Source of the DNA: an uncultured Nitrososphaeraceae archaeon
GTDB lineage: Archaea; Thermoproteota; Nitrososphaeria; Nitrososphaerales; Nitrososphaeraceae
DNA length: 64,000 bases
Assembly (NCBI GenBank): GCA_963729045.1
Contig: CAVSMN010000021.1
Span: 64,001 to 128,000, forward strand
Reading direction: 5' to 3'
This document shows, piece by piece, positions 49,381-60,963 of the stretch. Under the pieces are notes generated by a model. That model was given only the letters and a program-made list of their open reading frames with translations, searched no databases and was not told the origin of the DNA. Position 1 is the first letter of the stretch. Each line of letters opens with the position of its first letter. The position numbers were made by a program, and so were the translations under genes.

Positions 49381-49608
49381 TTGAATATGGTCATGGTGGG
49401 TAGTTATATTCAAAAATATATACCTAGAAGGACTGACTTAGCTTTATCAAACAATAAAGACAAAAATAGACAACAATTACCTTCGTGCTATATACCTAAT
49501 TGTCATTCCTATCCCTTATCGCGGTGCACCATATGTTCAAGTTATTGCTGCTATGCACATGTTTATGGTCATGATCATTCAATAGAGAATTTTGAAATAC
49601 TGAAATAA
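49381..49608 (+). CDS. Small Cys/His-rich putative zinc-finger protein
   Basis: C-x4-C-x7-C-x2-C-x3-CC-x2-H-x3-HDH. Confidence 0.55.
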   Translation: MNMVMVGSYIQKYIPRRTDLALSNNKDKNRQQLPSCYIPNCHSYPLSRCTICSSYCCYAHVYGHDHSIENFEILK

Positions 49609-50407
49609 TTTCACTTCAATATTGTTTTAAAAATATATTACTTATCGATGGATAAAAATAGAGAAAGAATATCAAAAGATCTATAATAAACAATCAAGGT
49701 ATTAGAGTTCGTCTGGCTTGCAACTGGGGCAACTTTAGAATCTAACACGATATGCAAGATTGCATCTATTCTTCTAGTTCTTGGAATCATGGTTCAATGT
49801 CTTGATTGTAAATGCTACCTGTAGTTTTATCTTGGGAATGTTTTCTATTTTATGAGTCAGCGGGATTTTAAACCCGAGATCCTCTTTCATAGTAGATATT
49901 GGATTTTGTGCTTCTCTACCACCATATCATCTCTGCTTTTGGAATTTATAGTAATGATAGAAAGTAACTGAATTCTAAATATGATGATTAATACCATAGG
50001 CAATATTGGATTTTCCTTTTTGACACTGTATGATAGAAGAATACTATTGGTTTCAATTGTCACAATAGTGCTCTTCTAGATATGACCTTGAATGAAGTGA
50101 CTAACCTATATACTCATAAAAAAATGCTAAAATAAATGGAAAGACTTGAAAAACTATCATCGAATTATTGATGAAAGAAAAGGTTCTAGACGCTATAGTT
50201 TGGTTGGGTGTGGATGGATTTGGTAGCAGATGAAAATCGGCAGTGCTTTTGGAAGGATTAGTGATAAATCAAACCATGATGATCGAACCAATAGATGAAC
50301 AAAAAAAGATTAGACTTTTGTTACTAACATTCAAAACGTTGATAGGCTACAATGATCTCATCACTATTGATAGAGTGCAAGTTGTCTGACCATCTTTTTC
50401 CAGTGTT

Positions 50408-50421
50408 TTTACATTTGTAAA
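50408..50421. promoter_or_regulatory. Palindromic operator TTTACA-TT-TGTAAA (copy 1)
   Basis: Just upstream of the TATA-like TTAAATA of the YHS gene. Confidence 0.8.
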
Positions 50422-50464
50422 GGTCTGTGGTTAAATATCTTGGTATGCCATGAGATAAGTGTAT

Positions 50465-50609
50465 ATGGCCAAAAGACCCCGTTTGTAATATGAAGGTGGA
50501 TGAAAAGACTGCAGAGCACATATCAGAAATTAACTAAAACAAGATATACCTCTGTTCTTCTGCATGCAAACAACAATTCAATCAATACCCATCAAAATAT
50601 GGATATTGA
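50465..50609 (+). pseudogene. YHS/TRASH metallochaperone (frameshift and in-frame TAA)
   Basis: MAK/DPVCNMKVDEKTAEHISEIN*NKIYLCSSACKQQF. Confidence 0.75.
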
Positions 50610-50634
50610 GACAAATCGCGAATAAATAAAAAAA

Positions 50635-51150
50635 TCACTCTGCAATTTCGGATTTATCCTCATATTTTCTTTTAATTGATTCTATTCTGCCTTGATATTT
50701 TTCAGTATATCCTGATTTGCATGATATACAACAGAAGAATCGCTCAATATCTGCAAATTTCAATATTTTAGGTTTACCATAGACAGGTCCATCACAAAAA
50801 TCACAAATAACGTTTATTGCTAGGCCACTTGCAATTCTTTTCTGAATTTCATCTATTTCATTTTTTAGAATCTTATTCTGAGGATTTTTATCGGTGTTCT
50901 CTTTTCTTTTGTTATTTTCATCAAGGTACTGCAATTGAATGAAATTCTTTTCTTTTGATTCTATCTTCTCAAAGTCAAAAACCGGTAGGATCCCCTTGAT
51001 AAATCCTACGTTAACCAACCTTTCATAACGTGCCTTTACTGTTGGAGTTGTTATTCCTGTTTCCCTTGATATTTGTCTAAATGACTTTCTGCCATTCTCT
51101 AGTAGTGATCTTAGAATGGATACATCGATTTCATCGAGGCTGAGTGGCAT
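50635..51150 (-). CDS. Lrp/AsnC-type HTH regulator with C-terminal TRASH domain (archaeal CopR-like)
   Basis: LDEIDVSILRSLLENGRKSFRQIS…; CDFC…FFCCISC. Confidence 0.88.
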   Translation of the reverse strand: MPLSLDEIDVSILRSLLENGRKSFRQISRETGITTPTVKARYERLVNVGFIKGILPVFDFEKIESKEKNFIQLQYLDENNKRKENTDKNPQNKILKNEIDEIQKRIASGLAINVICDFCDGPVYGKPKILKFADIERFFCCISCKSGYTEKYQGRIESIKRKYEDKSEIAE

Positions 51151-51185
51151 TTAACGATGTCAATTTACCCATCTTCTCATATTAT

Positions 51186-51203
51186 TCTTTACATTTGTAA
51201 AGA
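51186..51203. promoter_or_regulatory. Palindromic operator TCTTTACA-TT-TGTAAAGA (copy 2)
   Basis: 36-53 nt upstream of the regulator start codon. Confidence 0.8.
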
Positions 51204-51263
51204 GTAGCGGTATGTCTCTATGCTTGCCTGATAAGTTTAGCCAAAAAAGGAAATTAAATCTAG

Positions 51264-51494
51264 TCAATATTGTGCAGCTCTAATGAATTTGTATCCCGAT
51301 TCTTCTAATCTTGCTTTAATGTCGTGTTTAGTTATTGTTAAGGGATCAAACTCAACAATCACTGTATTTGTTATATTGTTTATATCTATTTTCTTGATTC
51401 CCTTTTTATCTTTTAATTGTTTTTCAATGATAGGTTTACATGTAGTACAATACATTCCGACAACTTTAAAGTAGGCTTTTTCAGAGGGTGTCAA
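51264..51494 (-). CDS. HMA-domain copper chaperone (CopZ-like)
   Basis: VVGMYCTTC…LEESGY. Confidence 0.85.
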   Translation of the reverse strand: MTPSEKAYFKVVGMYCTTCKPIIEKQLKDKKGIKKIDINNITNTVIVEFDPLTITKHDIKARLEESGYKFIRAAQY

Positions 51495-51602
51495 TAATTC
51501 TATTTTTGTGATTTATTTAATTAATTGAGCTGCTAAAAAGGTAAGTATTCTAAAGTGTCAGAGAATCAGCGATTCAAGAAGATTTTACCGACATAAACTA
51601 AT

Positions 51603-51616
51603 TTTACATTTGTAAA
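51603..51616. promoter_or_regulatory. Palindromic operator TTTACA-TT-TGTAAA (copy 3)
   Basis: About 10 nt upstream of the TTATATAT box of copA. Confidence 0.8.
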
Positions 51617-51654
51617 GCCTTGTTGTTATATATCTATTTATTATTATTTATTGT

Positions 51655-53896
51655 ATGGCAAAGGACCCAATATGCGGAATGTTCGTTGAAGAAAATGAAA
51701 ATTCCATTCATTATACTAAAGAAGGAATATCCTATTATTTTTGTTCGTCTCAATGTTTAAACGAATTCCGTGAACCCGAAAAGGCTCTAAAAAAATTAAA
51801 AATACATGTTATAATCAGCATAGCACTGACAATACCAATCGTGTTGCTTAGCTTGCCACATATGATTCCACAACTGGGACATCTTTATCCAATCGAAATG
51901 ATGGGATATATCAATTATGTACTTTTAGCTTTGGCTACTCCAATACAATTTTGGATTGGATGGCGTTTTTACCAAGGATTCTGGGATGGTATCAAAGCAA
52001 AAGCATCAAATATGGATACATTGATTGCTATTGGAACAACAGCTGCATATGTATACAGCGCCATAGTTACCATCATTCCTGGATACTTTCCATTTACGGC
52101 GGTATATTTCGAAACAGCTGCAATCATAATTACTCTTATCTTGATAGGAAGACTTCTTGAAACTAAGACAAAAGAAAAAGCATCAAGTGCAGTGAGAAAG
52201 TTATTAGATCTAAAACCCACGACTGCACATGTATTAAGACCTGAAATAAGAGAAAAAAATTATGCAAGCAAAGATACTAATAATAAAAGTAATAATGCTT
52301 TGGATGGTTCTAGACTGAAGCTAGTTTCAAAAGAGTTGAGAGAACTTGAAATTCCAGTGGAAGAAATCATACAAGGCGACTTAATGATCATACGCCCCGG
52401 TGAAAGAGTTCCTACTGATGGAATGATAATAGATGGTTCATCTTCGATAGACGAGTCTGCGATAACAGGCGAAAGTGTACCTGTTGACAAAGTAAAAGGC
52501 GACGAAGTAATTGGGGCAACTATTAACAAGAACGGCCTCTTAAAAGTAAAAGCAACTAAGATTGGTCAGGATACAGTATTATCACAAATAATAACCCTTG
52601 TAGAAGAGGCCAAAACAGGCAAAGCCAAAGTAGAAAGAATGGTAGACCAGGTAGCAAAGTATTTTGTTCCAGCCATTGTAATAATAGCAATTGGAGTGTT
52701 CCTCGGTTGGTATTTTATAGGTAATGCAGGATTAACTTATTCCATATTGGCATTTGTCTCTGTCATGATAATAGCATGTCCTTGTGCTTTAGGATTGGCT
52801 ACACCAGCCGCATTAATGATGGGTGCGGCAAAAGGCGCTGAAAATGGTATCTTGTATAAAGGCGGCGAGTATATAGAAATGGCAAGTAAAGTCAATTTGG
52901 TAGTATTTGATAAGACTGGAACATTAACAGAAGGAAAACCGTCTGTTACTGACATCATTACACTTGACGAAATAGATGATAACGATCTTTTAAGACTAGC
53001 AGCTATAGGAGAATCAGGTTCAGAGCATCCATTGGCTAAGGCTATAATCACAAAAGCAAACGAAAAAGGGATTTCTACAGTTTCGCCTGATTCATTTGAA
53101 GCGGTAGTAGGTTATGGCCTTAGAGCCAGATACTCTAACTATGATATAACGATAGGAAATAGAAAAATAATGTTAGACAATAATATTTCAATTTCTGGAA
53201 ACATCGAAACAAAACTTTCGGAATTAGAAAAGGATGGTAAAACTGTCAGTATTAGTCTCAATAGACAATCATTTATCGGGATTAATTGCAATATCTGATA
53301 CCATAAAGGAAGATGCCAAAGAAGCGATATTTGACTTAAAAAACCTGGGAATTAAATCAATAATGCTTACTGGAGATAATGAAAGAACAGCAAATGCCGT
53401 CGCTTCCCGAATTGGGATTGAAAGAGTAATAGCCCAAGTTTTACCAAGTCAAAAAGAAGAGATTGTAGGCAATATTCAGAGAAAAGAAAACAAAGTTGTA
53501 GCAATGGTAGGTGACGGAATTAATGATGCTCCAGCATTAGCCAGAGCAGATTTGGGAATTGCAATAGGATCTGGAACAGATGTTGCCAAAGAAACTGGTG
53601 GCGTAATTTTAATAAACAACAATATTAGAGACGTTGTAACCGCTTTAGAATTAGGAATGAAAACTGTCTCAAAAATAAAACAGAATTTGTTCTGGGCTTT
53701 TGCTTATAATACGGGATTGATACCAATAGCAGCAGGTGCATTGGTTCCTATTTTGGGACTATCTGTATTTGGGTGGCTTCCAATTCTTGCTGGGGTTGCA
53801 ATGGCCATGAGCTCTGTCACTGTTGTTACTAATTCTCTATTTTTGGGAAGATATAAACCAAGAACAAAAAATAGATTGAAAACAAAATTCGTTTAG
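51655..53896 (+). CDS. copA: Cu(I)-translocating P1B-type ATPase with N-terminal YHS domain (one indel at ~53245)
   Basis: DPICGM…FCS..C, TGES, CPC, DKTGT, SEHP, TGDN, GDGIND, YN, MAMSS. Confidence 0.93.
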
Positions 53897-54337
53897 ACAT
53901 CATCTTGTTCTATTCTACTCTATTTTGATGTTCTAAAACGACTATCCTTGGATTACCTATATCTACAGATTACGCTGTTGCAGACACTCTATCAGCTACT
54001 GCTCTTACAGAACTCTTAATTGCCTCAGAGATTCTGAAAAAATATTAGAAGTTTTGTAATAAAACCCTCATTATTAGATAGAACAAACATTTTGCTGAAT
54101 AATTATCGATTTTCGATTATTCAATTATACGGTAGGTATCTTTTCAGATCTCCTAACTTGAAGTCATTGTTGCCAATCGTTGTATTATCAAAATCCTTAA
54201 ACTGGCTGATACTCACTTTCACTTTTAGTTCAGATCTTGGTAAAAGTAATAATCTCTGTGGGCTAAATACAACCATTATATGTTGAAATTTGAAATCTAA
54301 TTAGTGATAAAGAAATAAGTGAACAATAAAAAAAAGG

Positions 54338-54595
54338 TTAGTTGTTTGATTGTCCTAATGCATTACTTCCGGTGTTAGCTTGGAATTGGAAGTTTAAGTT
54401 GTTGCCTGAAAGTATGGAGTCTCCACCAGAAACTACTTGACTATTCTGTTTTGATTTTTGAGATTGACTAATGATTTGTTTTGCTTTGTTACTCTTTTTT
54501 GCTAATGCGTCTTCTGAAATTGCCAATGGGGCTAAGACTAAAGCTAGTGCAAGAACAACTGCTGTTGATACTAGTAATGTTTTACTTGTGTTCAT
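54338..54595 (-). CDS. Small secreted protein: signal peptide + one Q/N-rich unit (Cys-free variant)
   Basis: KKSNKAKQIISQSQKSKQNSQVVSGGDSILSGNNLNFQFQANTGSNALGQSNN*; T-tract after the stop. Confidence 0.88.
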   Translation of the reverse strand: MNTSKTLLVSTAVVLALALVLAPLAISEDALAKKSNKAKQIISQSQKSKQNSQVVSGGDSILSGNNLNFQFQANTGSNALGQSNN

Positions 54596-55216
54596 ACTTG
54601 TAAACCATATCATTACAATTCAACTTATATTGGATATTTTAGATATTTCTATTAATCTTTAGAGGAAAAATTAAACAGAAAAAATTTCTAAACCTATAAT
54701 CCGAATAGCCCAAAGGTCCAGTAAAGGTGTTATGGAAAATCAAAGGTCAAGTTTATGGAAAAAGATTTAACATGGTATATAATATTTGAATGTCGCTTTT
54801 GATAGCCTTAATCATTTACCGGTTTCCTGTCGAATTCTACTTGTTTACTTTTTTTCCAAATATATGCAATCATCTCGGATGATTTTACCAATTATCATAT
54901 TTACATAAATTAATTAAAATTACATATACTAATTCTGAATTCAATCCCCCAGCTACGCTGTTCAACTAAGATATGCAAACCCTAGACTAATGAATCTGTA
55001 TTATAATCGATTTGGTCAAAGATAGTATCGGAATTTTTAGAGTCCGTTGGATTAATACTAGTGTATACACATGAAAAGCACTTTACCCGACATACCGATT
55101 TGAATATAGTCATCTGTAAATCCTACATACCTAGGGCACTTGTAATAGAGTTATAGATACGATAATCTGATTGTTAATATTATTGTTGTTGGCTTTGTTA
55201 GGAGTATAATAGTAAT

Positions 55217-55702
55217 TTGAAGTACAAAAAAGAAGAGATAAATGAAAAAAGCTCCACTAAAGAGTATTGTAGTTGGGGGGAGATAGAATTACTAACATAT
55301 ATTGTTGCAGCTAAAATACAGAATTTAAACAAAAAGTATGATATAATATTAGGAATAACAAATGGTGGAATCATTCCTGCCAGATTAATGGCCCTAGAAC
55401 TTGATATAAATCATATAGAGTTAATACCTGTTAGAAATAAAAAACTGCATATTGAAGAAATGCCTCAATTAATGGCCAATAAAAAGTATCTTGTAGTGGA
55501 TGAAATATATGATACTGGTGAAACATTTTCTAAAGTCAAATGCGCAATGCAAGATTTTGATTGTGATTATGCGTTTCTTATGAGGAGATTCCACGACCCG
55601 AATGGCAATAACCCTGGCAATGAAACAGCATTTATCGGAAAAATATTAAATCATTACAAATGGATCGTTTTTCCATGGGAACAAAAAAACATTATCATAT
55701 GA
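55217..55702 (+). CDS. Type I phosphoribosyltransferase (purine PRT-like)
   Basis: GITNGGIIPA, LVVDEIYDTGET, WIVFPWE. Confidence 0.85.
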   Translation: MKYKKEEINEKSSTKEYCSWGEIELLTYIVAAKIQNLNKKYDIILGITNGGIIPARLMALELDINHIELIPVRNKKLHIEEMPQLMANKKYLVVDEIYDTGETFSKVKCAMQDFDCDYAFLMRRFHDPNGNNPGNETAFIGKILNHYKWIVFPWEQKNIII

Positions 55703-55819
55703 TAGAAAAATGTTTAGGAATTTCTAATTTGTCAAATTGGATTGCATTAGTGATCAACGTGTCCATAAAACTATAAGAACTATGCTTCTCCAAGGAACCA
55801 AGATACCTGATCAAAAAGT

Positions 55820-56267
55820 ATGATTAATGACAGTAGCAATAAATACGATATTCAGCTAGCAGACTTGGAAAGAAAAATCAGTTTAGCTAGAGGTGAAGAG
55901 AAGGTTGATCTGATTATTAAAAATACAAGAATAATAAATATATATTTTCGGGAGATATACATCAAACTACGTAGCAATTTCCGATGGAATCCTTATAGGA
56001 TTTGGTGATGGTTATGATGCTAAATATTCGTATGATGCTCAAGGAATGTATATGTGTCCTGGACTTATTGATGGTCATATTCATATAGAATCTACTTTTT
56101 TGTCGCCAAATGAATTTTGTAATGTAGTAGCAGCTCCTGGAATTTCGGCTGTAATATGTGACCCACATGAAATAGCTAATGTCCTACGGCCAATAGGTTT
56201 GGATTATTTTATACCGTGCAGATATCGTCATAGTTTGCATCAACTACTACATATATACGAACATTGA
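55820..56267 (+). pseudogene. ade: Truncated adenine deaminase (N-terminal part only)
   Basis: ARGEEKVDLIIKN, PGLIDGHIHIEST, DPHEIANV; the sequence then ends far short of a full-length enzyme. Confidence 0.8.
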
Positions 56268-56396
56268 CTTTTGAAATAATATACCTGTTTCATTTACGCT
56301 TAATCTTCAGTTGGCTTCGACTATAAAGCTAAAATATTACCGAATCAGAAAGAAATGATCAAATATAATAAACTATGTTAATTATGAGGGGAGTAT

Positions 56397-57056
56397 ATGA
56401 GTAGTAGAGATTTTAACCCATTTGACTGGTATAAGAATTTCTTTGGAAGGCATCCAAACAAGAATAGAGGAGGGGGATTCTTCGATGATTACTTTGCCGG
56501 ATTTGAAGAGATGCAAGAGGAGATGGAGAGAATATTTAAACAATTTAATAATATACAATCCAATGCGCCCAAGGAATTGGTAAGAGAATATCAAGCGCCG
56601 GATGGTACCAAAGTGAGAGAAGTTGGACCAATAGTTTATGGATATTCGATGACAATTGGACCTGATGGCAAACCACATATAAGCCAATTTGGAAACGTTA
56701 AGAATTTGGCTGGAGGATCAAACAAGCAAGAACTAAATCTCGCTGGTATGGGCTCAGGACCAGCATTAACAGCTGAAAGAGAACCCCTAGCAGATCTAAA
56801 TACTACTGAAAAGGAAATTAAAGTTATAGTAGAAATGCCCGGAATAAAAAAAGAAGATATTAAAATAAATGCAACTGAAGGCATGGTGGAAATTATGACT
56901 AGTGGTTCTCAAAGAAAATATCACAAAAGTATAGAAATACCGACAGAAGCAGATATCGATTCAGCTAAATCTAACTATACTAATGGTATTTTAGAAATCG
57001 TTTTCAATAAAAAAGAAAATGTGAAACCAAAAGGTAAGGAGGTAAAGGTAGAATAA
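56397..57056 (+). CDS. hsp20: Archaeal small heat-shock protein Hsp20
   Basis: GPIVYGYSMTIGPDGKP…FGN, REPLAD, EMPGIKKEDI, NGILEI, VKVE. Confidence 0.93.
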   Translation: MSSRDFNPFDWYKNFFGRHPNKNRGGGFFDDYFAGFEEMQEEMERIFKQFNNIQSNAPKELVREYQAPDGTKVREVGPIVYGYSMTIGPDGKPHISQFGNVKNLAGGSNKQELNLAGMGSGPALTAEREPLADLNTTEKEIKVIVEMPGIKKEDIKINATEGMVEIMTSGSQRKYHKSIEIPTEADIDSAKSNYTNGILEIVFNKKENVKPKGKEVKVE

Positions 57057-59238
57057 TGTTGCACAATTGCCATTAATTTTTTGTTCATGCGGTACATGAG
57101 TCTTTCAAAATAATAAACTAAAATGGCAGAAGGAGAGCACTTCAAGAAGCTTCAAACCGATGTTGAAGATCTTCTTAAACGTATAAAGCAAGAACATTAA
57201 AAAGAGTCATCCTCAAAAATTGTCTCTGTAACAAGCCTAGATGAATGGTCAACTATTATGGAATATTTCTACAGGAAATGGATCCTTGGTAGTTTGAACC
57301 GGTTGTTTAAGAATATTCAATGTCTAAAACATAAGCCTTGGATTATAGATTTAGAGAGATCTACTAATTTTTTGTCTCATTTATGTACAATTTGCATTCT
57401 TTTCTGACTTTCCACTGCTATTTTCCAATGTTTGAGTAAAATACTAAAAAATAATTCATAGATTGGGTCGGTGAGCCCTCAATTCATAAGATAATGGAAC
57501 TGAGGGTTTTTTGCTTGAAATAATCTCGGTGATTCTTTAGTTTTTTAAATAATATAATGTAATGTCTATGCTGCTGCATATGCATAATGATATATTCAAA
57601 GCTTTCATAACGCCTTTGGAATTAAATCAGTCTATTATAGTTATATAACATCATGTTCAAAAGATTTGAAAGTAAATAACAGTAAATAATTTAATGACTT
57701 TGTGTGATTGATAATTGATAACCATACAAACAGTAAAGTCATTCAAGAGAATGGTCCGATTTCTTAACCTCATACATACAAAACACACCAGATCAATAAT
57801 TGTCATTGTATTTCTCTTTAGGTCAAAGATTGATGCTTCCTTCCCTAAACCTTTCTTTACAACTTGATGTTTAGTTTAGTTTCATATGATTCTATTGTAC
57901 CCATTATTCTTTTATATTAATAATGATCATATGTATTGACTATTCTACAATTCATAGTACAGTAACTGTTACCCTATATGAGTAACGAATACCCGTTAAT
58001 AAAAAGCTAGCTAGCACTGGTTGAGGCTATTGAGTAAATAGTTACTACAGTTAGATATTCTAACTTGATGATTGTAATTTACATTAATAACATTTTCCCA
58101 CAGTATATGAATACAATGGTGTTTTGACAGGTAATGAGTCGGAATTCTAGGTCACACGCTTCAACATGGCTCCTCCTTCATAGCTAGTAATAGTGATTAT
58201 TTTTTCTCAGCTTTCCTCTGAGACTGAAGAGAGTTGTATTTAGTGAATTGATAAGCATCGGCGTTATAGACATCGGCGCCAGAGAAATATCGATAATATA
58301 GAGACAAGTCTATTCATCAATTTAGGATTTTGTAGAAACCGAACTATTAGTAATTTAATGTAACGTCCAAAATCAATTGAGGTATATGTGATAGAAGTAA
58401 AATCAATAGCTAGAGTTGATCCATGTTCCATTCAAAGAATAAAAGCCGGAGGTCCTAGCACAGTTGGATGAAGACAATAGTGGACATACAACTTATCAAT
58501 GGACTCAACCATTTGTACAATCAAATACACCACCTGTTGTCCTGTGTGACCCTGTATAGTTAAGCCTACTTTTACACTATCTAATTTTTCGCCTTTAAAA
58601 ATCCTACAATTCAAAATAGAAATGGCAATTAATACTAATTTGATTTTGAGATAAAATATTATTCCTAGGTACAACACTGCTTTCACAAATAACAACTTGA
58701 TTAGCTTGATTTCCAATTCTTACTTCATCTAGTGTCGCAAATTACTATTGCATCCATAAAGCAAGGTAGTATAAGTAAAACAAGATAAAATATTTGATGA
58801 TTCGAGTTCACAATTAGTGGGTGATGATCTACGGGTCTCTCACCTCATAATCTACAATACTCTTAATGAGCAGCGTCTACCCTCTAGAGTCTATATAAAA
58901 AATCGAATATGAACAATTAGAATCATTACTTATGTTCTGAGATTTTAGGAATACCCACATGATTTTCACCATACTATAGATCTTGATGTTCATTATCGCA
59001 GTGAACTTGCACACGGATAGGGCCTTCATCTACTAAACAACACGCAAATTTAGCAGAAAAAAGTCCGATTAGGGGTTTGTCTAGTCCGTAATGTCCATAA
59101 TTTCAGTTGCACTAATAGCCAAAAAGCTTTGAAAGCCAAGCCAGAGTGAATCAGGAGGGACTATGCACGTGAATTTGCAATACTCAATTTTAAAGATGAA
59201 ATGAAAGATAAAAGCATCGGACTGTCATAGTTAAGTCA

Positions 59239-60243
59239 TTGCAGCATCCTGGAAAAAAAATTAATTTATCCATCTCAGTTCTTGATTTGGTAATGGTAAA
59301 TGCTGGCAGTTCTCCGAACCAGTCAATGCAAAATAGTTTGGATTTAGCTCGACATGTGGAACGATGGGGGTATAATCGATATTGGCTGGCAGAACATCAT
59401 AACATACCTGGTATAGCAAGTGCAGCTACCTCAGTGCTCATCGGGTTTATTGCAGGAGGTACTTCTACCATTCGAGTTGGCTCAGGCGGGATAATGCTTC
59501 CAAATCACAGTCCTCTTGTCATAGCCGAGCAATTTGGAACCCTGGAGAGTTTGTATCCTGGTAGGATTGATCTAGGTATAGGTCGAGCCCCAGGAACTGA
59601 TAGGCTTACTTCTATGGCCTTGAGGCGTGGTATTCTGGATGAATCAGAAGAAGATTTTCCCAACAGTGTAGAGGAATTAATGAACTATCTGGCACCCCAA
59701 ACCATCACGAAGGAAGTAAGGGCTACCCCAGGAGAGGGATTGAATATACCTATCTGGCTTTTGGGTTCTAGTATATTCAGTGCTCAACTAGCCGCAGCGC
59801 GGGGATTACCATTTGCATTTGCAAGCCATTTTGCTCCTGCCTACTTGGAATCTGCTGTAAATATATACAAAGAACGATTTCAGCCATCTAAAACTCTACA
59901 AGAGCCTTATGTCATGGCTGCAGTAAATGTATTTGCAGCTGATACTGACGAGGAGGCAAGTCGTTTATTCACATCTGTACAACTAATGGCATTGGGAATG
60001 ATTAGAAGAAACCATGGACTACTACAACCCCCAATAGACAACATCGATGAGATATGGGACCAACTTGAAAAATATGCAGTGGGTGAACGGCTCAAATACT
60101 CATTTGTTGGAAATCCTTCTAAGGTTAAGAAGGGTTTAGAATCCTTTTTGAACAGAACTCAGGTAGATGAAATCATGGGTGTTTCTCATATTTACGACCA
60201 TACTGCAAGACTTCGCTCTTTTGAGATTTTATCTTCACTCTGA
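59239..60243 (+). CDS. LLM-class (luciferase-like) flavin-dependent oxidoreductase
   Basis: [38 protein letters not shown]. Confidence 0.92.
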   Translation: MQHPGKKINLSISVLDLVMVNAGSSPNQSMQNSLDLARHVERWGYNRYWLAEHHNIPGIASAATSVLIGFIAGGTSTIRVGSGGIMLPNHSPLVIAEQFGTLESLYPGRIDLGIGRAPGTDRLTSMALRRGILDESEEDFPNSVEELMNYLAPQTITKEVRATPGEGLNIPIWLLGSSIFSAQLAAARGLPFAFASHFAPAYLESAVNIYKERFQPSKTLQEPYVMAAVNVFAADTDEEASRLFTSVQLMALGMIRRNHGLLQPPIDNIDEIWDQLEKYAVGERLKYSFVGNPSKVKKGLESFLNRTQVDEIMGVSHIYDHTARLRSFEILSSL

Positions 60244-60963
60244 CAATAACAAAATATAGCAGATCACTATCCCTGAGCTATTACAAAAATAGTTAACCTG
60301 CTCCCTTTCTAAATTTGTCACATATGTCTTGATATTTCGATGATTATTTGATTCTATAAAATTGCCATTATTTGTTTTGTAATACAAGGCGATTCAAATC
60401 GTATGGCCCTAGTAATATTACCTTGTTCTATGTTGCAGTAGCGCCACGACGCCAATAAAACCAGCAACATAATAACCAAAAGTCTGATGGTTCAACTCAA
60501 TGACTTGAGAATTTTGGCATTAAATAGAATGATGTTCAAAATATTCAAAAGGGCCGTTGGTTGTATCAAGCTGGCGTTCAAATTTCGATTTAATATTGAT
60601 GTCTGCAAACACTATGTTGTATTTCCACTCAACGATAGAGATTGCTAAGTGAATCTCCTAACTTTTGACCTATTGAAGGCGCAGAACAACTCATTAATAA
60701 TACAAATTCAGAAACGGTTGATAGTTCCATCTTTGAACAAATGGATATTTGCTTGCTAAAGAATGGATCATACAATGTTAATCGACATTCAAGTTATTTA
60801 TTACCGTTGCCACTAATTACAAAACAAGATATACAAGATATGAGAACTCACCATTCTTTATTGTTGAAGAAATAAAAGAAGTAGTGATTACAGAGCTATT
60901 GTGATCAGAAAATTCCGCCAGTTGTAGACAATCTTTTAATAATTACTAATTAATCACCAATAC

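Noticed and set aside
49855..49884. tRNA T-arm-like hairpin (CGGGATTTTAAACCCG)
   Set aside because: No cloverleaf, no canonical TTCRA loop and no integrase nearby; at most a relic
58818..58885. Fluoride-riboswitch-like GGTGATG…TCACC…TAATGA…CTAC
   Set aside because: Loop length and pseudoknot pairing do not fit, and no crcB/eriC gene follows
57100..59200. Possible mobile-element or gene relics in long intergenic stretches
   Set aside because: No recognisable transposase motifs, terminal inverted repeats or consistent reading frame could be supported by eye
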